From NCBI GenBank assembly GCA_015680685.1, contig MNCI01001880.1, positions 1 to 61,385 of the forward strand: 61,385 bases of DNA, written 5' to 3'. The translations under genes were made by a program, and so were the position numbers. The notes under the pieces are model-generated. The model was given only the letters and a program-made list of their open reading frames with translations. It was not told the origin of the DNA and searched no databases. Below, piece by piece: positions 14,201 through 24,721 of this stretch (within the stretch, counting starts at the first letter, position 1; each line of letters starts with the position of its first letter). Source of the stretch: Gnetum montanum. Its lineage: Eukaryota > Plantae > Gnetophyta.

Positions 14201-16442
14201 CTACAAGAGAGTGCTAGGACACTGCCTCGCAGTTTACGTAGTACTTGTTGTCGAATGACCCTCTACCTTTCTGAAGCCACAAATTCTAATCAATTATTTA
14301 TTCTATCAAAATTCCTTAATGCCTTCTAGATGATCGTCTAACTTCTAGTAGCCTTAAACTCCAAACAATGTTTCCCGTCCAGAAAGTTTAAAGGCCTTCC
14401 AATTGAAACTAGGAGAAAATGCTAGTCGCACTACCTTGTAGTTTACATAGTACTTGTTACTAGATGATCCTCTACCTTTCAAAAGTCATAAACTCAAGTC
14501 AATCATTCCCTTCTATAAGGTATAATTGCCTTCAAGATAACCTTATGCCTTTCGATAACTTTAGACTCCAAGTAATTGTTTCCTTTCATATGGTTTGAAT
14601 GCCTTCAGGTTGGGACTACTATAGGGTGCTATTTGCATTGCCTCATACTTTATGTAGTACTTACGATTGGATGATCCTTTGCCTTTCAAAAGTCATAAAC
14701 TCCAACTAGTTATTCCCTATTGGAAGCCCTAGATGACTTTAAATTAATCCTTTGCCTTCCAAATGACCATCTACCTACTGGTAGCCCTAAACTCCAAGAA
14801 ATTCTTTCCTAACAAAAGGTTTGAATATCATTTGGTTGGAACTGCAAGAAGGTGCTAGTTACACTGCCTTCTAGTTTATGTAGTACTTGCAACCAGATGA
14901 TCCTCTACCTTCTAGAAGCCACAAACTCCAACAAAGTTTTCTCTACCAGAAGGCCTAGATGCCATTTGGTTGACCCTTTGCCTTCTATATGATCCTTTAC
15001 CTATTAGTAGCCTTAAACTCCAAGTAATTCTTCCCTACCAGAAGGTTTGAAAGCCTTCCAATTGGGACTATGAAGGGGTTTTAGTTGTACTATGTCATAG
15101 TTTATATAGTACTTGCTACCAAATGACCGTCTGCCTTTTGGAAGTCATAAACTCCAACCAATTATTCCCTACTAGAAGGCCAACATGCCTTTCAATTGAT
15201 TTTTTACCTTCTAAATGGTCCTTTACCTACTGATAGGCTTAAACTCCAAGCAATTATTTTCTTCCAAAAGGTCTAAATGCCTTCTAGTTGGGATTGCAGG
15301 AGGGTGCTAGTCATGTTGCCTCATAGTTTATGTGGTACTTACTATCAAATGATCCTTTGCCTTCTAAAGGAAACAAAATCTAACCAATTATTCCCTTCTG
15401 GAAGGTTTGAATGCCTTCCGGATGATCCTCTACCTTCCATAGAATCAAACTCCAAGTAATTATTCTCTTCTTGAAGGTTTAAATGCCTTTCGGTTGGGAC
15501 TATGAAAGGGTGCTAGTTACACTGCCTCACAGTTTATGTAGTACTTGCTACCGAATGAGCTTCTGCCTTCCATAAGCCATAAACTCTAAGTAATTATTCC
15601 CTATTGGAGGGTCTGAATGCCTTCTAGTTGATCATTTGCCTTCTAGATGGCCCTCTGCCTATTGGTAGCCTAAAATGCCAAGCAAATCTTCTCTTCTAGA
15701 AGGTTTGAATGCCCTCTAATTCGGACTACAAGAGGGTGCTAGTCACACTATCTCATAGTTTACATAGTACTTGCTATCAAATGACCCTCTGGCTTCAAGA
15801 AGCCACAAACTCCAACTAAGTGTTTCCTTCCAAAAGGTTTGAATGCCTTCTAGATGATCTTCAACCTTCCAAATAGTCCTCTACCTTCCAATAGCCTTAA
15901 AATCCAAGCAATTGTTCCATTCTAGAAGGTTTTAATGCCTTTCAGTTAGGACTGCAAGTAGGTGCTAGTCAAAATACCTTATAGCTTGCATAGTACTCGC
16001 TACTAAATGACCCTCTACCTTCCAGAAGCCACAAACTCTAACCAATTATTTTCTACAGAAAGGCCTAAATGCCTTTCAAATGATCTTTTGCCTTTTGGAT
16101 GATCCTCTACCTTCTGGTAGCCTCAAACTCCAAGCAATTGTTCCATTTCAAAAGGTCTGAATGTGTTTCAGTTAGAACTATGGGAAGGTGCTAGTCGTAC
16201 TACCTCATAGTTTACGTAGTACTTCCTAGCAAATGATCCTCTACCTTTTGGAAGCCACAAACTCCAACTGATTATTCTCTTCCAAAAGGTCTAAATGCAT
16301 TCTAGATGATCTTCAACATTTCAAATGATCATTTGCCTTTCGATAGGCTCAAACTCTAAACAATTGTTTCCTTCTTAAAGGTTTGAATGCCTTCCGGTTG
16401 GGATAGCGGGGGGATGCTATTCGCACTAGATCACAGTTTACA
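11270..16442. repeat. Tandem array, ~25 units with a main period of ~226 bp
   Basis: GGTGCTAGTCACACTACCT..GTTTACRTAGTACTTGCTAC recurs at about 11388, 11522, 11714, 11940, 12167 ... 15737, 15962, 16189, 16415. Each unit holds two related ~76-bp GATGAYCCTCTACC...GCCTTC subunits. Confidence 0.92.
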
Positions 16443-16579
16443 AGACACATTAGGAGATGCGAGCATATGCAAATCATAGTTCATCATTGTCAAATGAGTA
16501 TGCCTTCATATCAACATGAAACTCATCTGTGAGCATGATTACACATTATCCATATACATCAATAAAAAAATTACAACAT

Positions 16580-17022
16580 ACATACCCATGTCCTCACCAA
16601 CCACATCATAGGCTTTGTAATTGCCTAATGGGAACAACGGTAACCTTGTCTGGTCTCCTATACATGTTAGCACTTCATCACATGGTATTTAATTATCTTT
16701 CATTTCATGGAGACCAAAGATCTTTGAAGATTGGAGTTTGCACTCAAGCCAAATTACCATCATAATTCAACAATCATAGCCTTGAAATTTCATCACATGG
16801 TCTCTAAATATCCTCCATTCCATTCATTAGGTGCAAGCTTGCATATTTCTTGGGTAGTTTAGAAATAAATGATGTATAGTCTCTTAAATCAACACTTTGT
16901 TTGAAGGGCTCAATCACATATCATGATTTTTGGNCAACACTTTGTTTGAAGGGCTCAATCACATATCATGATTTTTGGTTGATATGGCTATCCATGGTTA
17001 TTTGACTAGCAAAGCCACACAC
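16580..17022 (-). pseudogene. Decayed exon of an unidentified, probably TE-borne protein
   Basis: Bounded by tttgcag| and |gtatg on the minus strand. After collapsing the N-flanked duplication it reads in one frame (VCGFASQITMDSHINQKS*YVIEPFKQ..LLNYDGNLA*VQTPIFKDLW..VVPIRQLQ), with stops mostly TGA (CGA decay). A homolog lies at ~8290-8610. Confidence 0.4.
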
Positions 17023-17458
17023 CTGCAAACCCCACACAATTCATGGTTATTTCTTTTGCAAAGCCATAGTCTTTGATAATTAATTTCAGTTATCCATAGT
17101 TTTCACGTGTGAGCATGTGAATGCCACATCAATTAGAACTAAAAGCCATGTCATAGTGAATAAACAATGTATGTGACAAATAACGCCATTCTAACTCCTT
17201 TAAATATTATCGATGGCATAATCCAAAAATCATAACATGTGAATGAGCCCTGAAGCTGCTGCTGAGCAAGTACAGAGCCACGAAGAGGAAACAAGACAAG
17301 ACCGCTAGCTACCCATCATTGAAGTTGCGGAGGAGCAAGTACAGGGCCATGGTGAAGAAGTTAGAAAAAGAAGCGAACCTTATGTCGGAGAGCTATTTGC
17401 CGTGTAGATGTGCTGAATATTGTTTTGTTGATTCAGCTGAAATCGAAGGCGCAATTTC

Positions 17459-19947
17459 ATGGCGGCCCTGCAGCATTTCTACGAGAGGAAGACACTGCTC
17501 ATCACTGGATGCACCGGACACATTGGCAAACGTACGTAGGACACATTTTCCTCGTAGTGTAACCTCACCATTGCTTCTCACGAAGCGTAGTTGCTGTATG
17601 TATATGTTTGTGCTTCACAGTTGTCCTGGAGAAGATCCTGCGGACCCTGCCCAAAGTGCATCGTGTTTTTGTGCTAATTCGCGCCTCAGATTCATAATCC
17701 GCCATGTAGCGACTTCTTCAACAAGTAAACTTAAGCCTTAGCAGTGAGAGAAATGCTTACATGGTCTATGAGTAATCAATAGAGACGAAAACGATGGTGA
17801 TTAAAAATCCGTTCATAACATCAATTCGAACTTCCAGGTTCTGAGTTGTAAGCTGTTCGATGGGCTGCGAAATATCCATGGGACAGCTGCTGGATTATTC
17901 CAGAGTTTTGTGGAGGACAAAGTGATGGCCTTGGCCGGCGATATTTCGGTGGGAGTAACCCTCGGCATAGCGGACAAAAGGATTTTCAACCAAATCACGG
18001 CCACGGTAGAGGTGATCAACTGTGCGGCCACTACCAATTTCGACGACGCTTATGACGTAGCACTGGGCACCAACACCAGAGGAGCCCTCCATGTGTTGCA
18101 GTTGGCCCGCATATGCAGGTGCCTTCACCTTCCCTTTCATGTTTCCACTGTTCATCTTTTAATTTTCCTTATTTCCGGGCCTCGATAACCACTTTTTATT
18201 TTTTGATTCCCTTAATCATGTGAAGTTTTTTTACAGCGTACGCCTGTGGAGATCTAACAAACAATGTTGTGAAGGAGGCGCGTCTGCAACTGCAACCCCA
18301 AGGCCAGCATGAATGCACAGACATCTTGCAGATCAAAAACAAGTTAAACTTGGTGCAGGAAACCATACGCGGACTCCCAAAGGATTTTCCAGAGAAGTCC
18401 AAGACTCTGGTTCTCCGGAAATTCGGCATGCGAAGGCGTGTGTCTACCCGATCTTGGCGACAGAAGGCATATGTTTTGCAGTGTAGGTTCGGACTAATGA
18501 TATTAACTGGTAAGGACGATTGGTGTTACAGGGCCAAGCAATTGGGGTGGCCAAATAGTTACACGTTGACGAAGGCCATGGCAGAAATGCTGCTGTACCA
18601 CCACAGAGGAGATATTCCGCTCGTCATCATTCGTCCAAGCATGCGGGAGAGCAGACTGCGCGAACCCTTTCCCGGTTGGACTGAAGGCAACAGGCACAGG
18701 TGTAATAAACTTATTTGCTAAATGCACTTTTTAATTTTTTTTCTTTAATCTTACAATCACTCTGCCAATGAATCAAATTGTGAGCATTTGATTTTTTGCT
18801 TTAATATTTAACAATCACTCCGCAAATGAATCAAATTGTGAGTATCGAGTAGAACCTTAACCGCGGCGGCAACTGCTTACGCCAAGGGAATGTTAAAGGC
18901 CATCCCTGGAGATCCGAATGCCATCGTTGACATTGTAAGTCAGTGATCATTTGTCTTTCTTATTCTGATCTTTTCCCCTTGTTTCTGCGTGTCCCCTGTG
19001 AGTTTCTCGGCCCCACCACTTGCTTGTCATTCACTCTTTGACGATGTTTATGTGGATGAAGATTCCGGCAGATTACGTGGTAAATGTGATACTGATGGCA
19101 GTTTCAGCCCACAGTAGAGAAAACGCTATGAAAATCTACCACGTTTCAACGTCACTGGAGAATCCTGTCTCCGTTAAATTCTTTGTGGAGAATTCGTATA
19201 ATTATTTGAAAAAGCATTCATGGGTAAACCCACAGGGAAAAGCTGTGATTGTGCATGAGTGTGCTCTGACGACGGGCAAACGCTTTTTAACAGAGTTGAA
19301 AATGTCCAAGGGAATATTTCTGCAGGCAAGATATATAAGCAATCTATGATTTGAAATTAATTTTGACCACTATGATTTTTTGGCGGATTTGTTCTTCACC
19401 ATTTCCATTATTCCTTCGCATTCCCGTTTCTAATTACTTTGTTGCACTATTTAACCTAGCCATCAACCTTAGTTTCTCTGATGTATAGGCGTTCAAGGTA
19501 TTGAACATGTTTGCGTGCAATGCATGGGCAAGGGCATACCATGAGTGGCAGAAGGCGTATAAAAAAGCACAGCTTATGGGAGCATTATACGAGCCTTGTG
19601 GGTTCTGTGCCACCAGGCGAATAGTGACTCTCAATGAAGCGTAACAATTTAATGGTTGATGTGTGAATTACTTTTAATGTTTCACCCAACTTATTGAATG
19701 GTCATGCATCTGTCTATCCAGATTCGAAAACAAAGGCATACAGACGCTGCTTACTTGTTTGTGCCAGGAAGACAAAGCAGCTTTCAGTTTAGACGTCAAA
19801 GCGATAGAATGGCACTGGCACGTTTATCTTGCAGGCATTTACTTGCTGGGACTGGCAAATCATGTCCTCAACAATTCAATCGTCAGCTCTCTAAACCTTT
19901 CATCTGCTTTGACTTTTAATAAGGTTGTTTTCAGAAAACATCAATAA
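17459..19947 (+). pseudogene. FAR: Alcohol-forming fatty acyl-CoA reductase (FAR / MS2 / CER4-like), 9 exons, probably disabled
   Basis: Exons: 17459-17531, 17621-17724, 17838-18150, 18237-18435, 18532-18693, 18853-18934, 19062-19325, 19489-19616, 19722-19947. Motifs: KTLLITGCTGHIGK (Rossmann), VLEKILR, AATTNFD.YDVALGTNTRGA, HVST/AY, GWPNSYTLTKAMAE (YxxxK), IIRPS, EPFPGWTEG, IPADYVVN, C-terminal FSLDVKAIEW. In-frame TAA at 17695 and TAG at 17707; intron-3 donor broken. Confidence 0.9.
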
Positions 19948-20169
19948 TAAATCTGTTACAAAATTTAACTCTTCGTTCTTACCTGTATTTTTCAAATCTG
20001 CTATCAATTGCTGGTTAAATGATCCATCCTCGATTCAATTTTGTGCTGACTTGAGTAGGGTAAGTCATGGGAAATTATGTCAATTGTCATTTTAAAATGG
20101 AAAAAATACTGTCTATTAAAATGTTTTAAGTTTGCAGTTTTATAATATTTCAGTTTCAACACTATTTCT

Positions 20170-22500
20170 AATGGTGTTGTAAGGATAATGATCTTGCTTT
20201 GTAAATTTGCTCTGCCAAGTATTTTTGCCTATATAAAGTTTTTTTATCCTTCTTTCCACATTCTTTGGATGGTTTTCCATCAACCTTCACTCAAGAATTC
20301 TATAAATATAGATGGTTTTCCCTCAACCTCCACTTAAGAATTGTATAAATATATGTACTGTACAAATCTAGAAATGCAGATCTATAGCATTCTCTTCTAC
20401 TTAATTACATTTTCTTTTCCATTGTTCTCCATTTTTGATATGGTATCAAAGGGGCCTGATGATCCCTTTGCAAGTAGAATCATAGCTTTAGCAAGGGTAT
20501 TTATTGTTACTTCCCATTGTCACTCCTCTTGTAATACCAAAGAGAATGTTTGATTAACTAGTAGGAGAGGACTCATTAAGAGAATCTATCCTCAAATAGA
20601 GGAATAAGAATCATTCTATGATTTGAAAATGCCCTTCTTGGCTTCTATACTAAATTAGAATGTTTTAGTTTTGTGTCGCATAAGAAACACCCAAGTACAT
20701 CTGGTAAAATCATCAACTATAGTTAAGAAGTACAATGCACTAGTGAGAGAAGGTGTTTTGCAGGCACCCCATATGTCAAAAGGAATTAATTGAAAAGATT
20801 CAATATTGAAAATATAACTTGAAGGAAAGGGCAATCGAGATTGTTTAGCAATCCACAATGTGATGGATGAGAAATAGAAATTTCAAATATATTTTTGGCT
20901 AATAAGTGCAAATGAGCACTAGACAAATGTCCTAATCATTTATGCCATAAATTAAATGAGGAAATAAGAGCTACAAAATAAAAAAGACTATTATGGAACT
21001 TATTCGAAACCTTGATAGAAAGTTGAATAAGGTATAGCCCATTCATTTTTTTACCCACTCTAATCATCTTCCTTGAGGCTTGGTTTTGTATAATACATCG
21101 ATCAGAAAAGAATGTTACTTTGTAGTTTGTGTGGCAAACTAATTTACCAACAGATAGTAGATTGATTTTAAAAGAAGGAACATGGAGAACATCTTTTAAA
21201 ACTAATGAATCTAAAATATTCACTCAAGAAATGTGTAAATATATGTACCACATAAACCCAAAAATGCAGACCTACAATATTCTCTTTTGCCTAATTACAT
21301 TTTCTTTTCCATTGCTCTCCATATTTGATATGGTATCAAAGCATGGTTCTTTAATTCTTCAATTTGAGGAATCATCTCATTAGTTTTCAATCATTTCATC
21401 ATTCATAATGGCATCTTCTCTAAGCAATAAGGTGGATGACTCTAATAGCCCCTTGTATCTTCATCATTCTAATAATCTAGGGGCTATTTTGGTTTCTTAT
21501 TCATCACTAGAAGAAAATTATGGCACAAGGAGTCAAGCTATGAAAATATCCTTAATTGCAAAAACTATGTTTGGATTCATTGAAGGAATTGTTTTAAATC
21601 TATATGATCCATATGATCAAATTCAATGGAGCAGATGCAATAACATGGTTCTTTCTTGGTTGTTGAATTCTTTGTCCAAGCAACTTGCTACATCTATGAT
21701 TTATGTTGACTTGGATCATGATTTGTGGGAGGATTTGAAGCAATGATTCTCTCAAGAAATTTCCCCATACATTTTTCAAATTTAAATAAAATTTCTTCAT
21801 GTGTTTAAGAGTAGTAATCAATGGAAAATTATTTTACCAAGTTGAAGGGTTTATGGGATGAGCTTATGCATCACAGACCAATGCCAAGCTATTGCTATGG
21901 TGCATTAAAGGCCCCACTTGATCTCCAATAACAAGAAAGAACTATCCAATTTCTAATAGGGTTGAATGATTCTTATTCCTCCATTTCATTTAAACCACTC
22001 CATGAAAATCAAGAGAAGATTCTCTTTTACTAGAGATTTTGATTTGAAAATGTCTTCTTGGCTTTGCCCATTTTTCTTCTTTTGTTAAAATATTTTTACA
22101 TTTCAATTAAAACACAATTTGGTCATAAAATTCAACAAATTTGAAGTGATAATGGTATCAAATTCAATATGCATTCCTTTTATTAAGAAAAAGGTATTGT
22201 TCATCAATAGTTGTATTGCTACCTCACAAATAAATGGCATAGTTGAATGAAAACAACAACATGTTCTAAATGTTTCCTAAGCTTTAAGATTTTAAGCTAA
22301 CCTAACTTTACATTTTTAGGGGGAATGTGCTCTTACCATTTCCTATCATATTAATTGAACTTCTACACCTATTTTATCTAATCAAACCCCTTATAAAGTT
22401 ATTTTCAATTTTAAACCTTCTTATTCTTACTTTAGAGCTTTTGGATGTCTATTTTATGCTATTACACTTCTTGATAAAAGATCAAAATTTAACCCATGAG
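20170..22500 (+). mobile_element. Rearranged Ty1/Copia remnant (Ale/Retrofit-like gag)
   Basis: Two LTR 3' ends, each followed by a tRNA-Met PBS (TGGTATCAAAG at ~20441 and ~21330). Gag SPLYLHHSNNLGAILVS..NNMVLSWLLNSLS (21408-~21980). Integrase core on + from ~22070 (I*SDNG). Inverted protease/integrase N-part on - (20655-21223; FLTIVDDFTRCTWVFLM). Confidence 0.85.
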
Positions 22501-23087
22501 AAAGTTGCTAGGTGATCAATAAGACTATCTTGGATGCTTGTAGATCCTCCTCAAGGCCCATGGATCTACAAGTTAAATTTTTCCAATAGAGATCTTCAAC
22601 CTTCCAACGCTGAATTTTTCCATCAACATAGTTTTTGATGCAAGAAAGAGGGCCTTTACCTAACTTCTTCTTGTAAACCTATTGCAATGTTTACTTGTTT
22701 CCACCAATAACATGTTTTTAAAATTTTAATCAAATATTATTTTTGATTTTACCTGTTGTAGCATGTATGCCACAACCAATTTTTGGCCAAAACATGCTTT
22801 TCTCTGCTACTGGTTATAATGTAGTTTGCAGCATAGCTCTTTCTCCCTACAACTTTCAACTTTGAAAAAATTATTTAATATTATTATTGTTATTGTACTG
22901 CACAACATTTGTGTTTACCATACATTAGAGAATTTTTTTTAAATAATAATAATGATTTTTAACTTTATAGTTGTGGTTGTAATGCATATGTTAAAACTTC
23001 TTCCTAATTTCTGTGCGTTAGCAAAACTTAGAAAATTTTATGTTCTCATTACAACGACAACCTTCATACGTTGAAGCTTTTATTTGT

Positions 23088-23217
23088 TATGTATACTAAA
23101 GCTTTTGTATGCTATGTATACTAAAGCTTTTGTATGTTGTGTATGCTAAAGATTTCATATGCTACATATACTAAAACTTTCATATCCTATGTAGCTAAGG
23201 CTTCGTATGCTAAAGCT
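23088..23217. repeat. 25-bp minisatellite (~5 copies)
   Basis: TATGTATACTAAAGCTTTTGTATGC repeated with divergence. Confidence 0.7.
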
Positions 23218-23723
23218 ATCATTTTTTTCCTATGCTAGGATTATCTCATAAGTAAGACTCTCATACGTTGAGCAATCTTACATGCTAAGCCTTCTAGCTT
23301 ACTACTTAGTTTAATACTTCGTTGATGCCTTTCTGGTAGTCCACTATATTATTGCTTAACCTCACCTACATGGCTGCTAACTAGGATGGAGTTCGTATTT
23401 ACGACCCAAAAGACCCAACGATCATAGAGTATAGGTACTCACTTAGGTAGAGGGATAGCAACCTAGATTTTGTAGTTATAAATAAGGAATTCTATAACAT
23501 TCTTTATGCAAAAATATAGGCTTGCCTTTTCATACCAGGTTGTAAGTCTAACACTAAGCATTACTTTGAAATTGTACATTGGGATGGGAAAGAATACATC
23601 CCCTCATCTTACGATAAAATTCCCCTAACAAACTTTTATGCACACATGCTAACACAACTTATAGATGTAGACAAGTGGAGTGAGAAGATTAGTTTGGATG
23701 AGTATCAGGAGAAGAAAGATGAG

Positions 23724-24721
23724 TGATGAGTGGCAAGGTACCCCTACACTCAACCATATGAATACAAGCATTTCACGCACAATCCAGTCGAACTCTGCAG
23801 ATGGGCTAGTTGTGGTATCCATATAGTTACTCGTTGGTCTTAGTTCATTGTCTTCCCATTTGGACTAGTATTTGCTTTGTCACATATGGTTTAGTCTAGA
23901 GTGAGGTGTATGATGTGGTCCTAAACTAGTGCTACTCCTAGAGGCAATAGAAAATAACTTTAATTAAGCTAGGAGGAAAAGGAAGAGAGAGTTAAGCAAA
24001 TAGGACATAGGAGGAGAGAATCTAGACTAGCCTAAGTGCAGTGAGCATCAATTCCTTAACCATCTATACACATCTTGGACCTCGTGTATGACTACTACTG
24101 GGATTTACCAAGTGCATATCCTAGGTACGCTACTAGGATACCAAGTAGTCATACTTAAATGCTCATGATTAATTCATACTCATTCCACATTTACTAATAG
24201 GGGTAGGTGATGAGGGTAGAGAAATATTAATTACAAAAGTAATAAATAACAATTAAAATTAAGTGAATGTTGCAATGATGAAGTAATCTCGATCTTTATT
24301 GGCGGTCATGTGCATGTCCATGTACATCACACTCAAATAAAGGTTCTGTACAATTACAATCATCACACTGTGGGCATGCACTGGGGAAAGGGTTGAGAGG
24401 AAAAACTAACAAAAAGATCATATTCTAACACTAACTTCCTATGTATTTCCCATGCACCCCATTGTGTATTTATAGGCTCACACGAGAATTGCGATATCAC
24501 ATATTTGATATTGCTTATCAAGCCATGATATCACATACTCAATATTGGGGGTCTGATATCAAGGGTCCGATATCTGGACTCATCAGACCTGATATCTTGT
24601 ACCCAATATCAAGGGTCTAATATGAGCACTTGGAAAACCATGATTCATCATACCGCCATGACTAAATAACAACTCGTCCTGAAGTCAACGAAAGTGAGGA
24701 ACAAGGTCAATTGATTACACA
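23724..24721 (-). repeat. 3' LTR of the Athila-like element
   Basis: Colinear with 28999-29977, differences mostly transitions; contains TATAAATA on the minus strand. Confidence 0.9.

Noticed and set aside
11270-16442. CRISPR-like or coding repeat array
   Set aside because: No unique spacers and no cas genes in a eukaryotic context; the period is not a multiple of 3 and all frames are interrupted by stops.
16890-16978. Exact ~44-bp tandem duplication
   Set aside because: The copies are separated by a single N, typical of a contig-overlap artefact.
17695-17709. U-to-C RNA editing rescuing the FAR stops
   Set aside because: Such editing is known from fern, hornwort and lycophyte organelles, not spliceosomal nuclear genes. 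C->T decay is simpler, and a separate donor lesion exists.
17319-17741. 140-aa ORF as the FAR N-terminus
   Set aside because: It is a different frame running through intron 1. The FAR frame starts at ATG 17459, with an in-frame TGA upstream at 17438.
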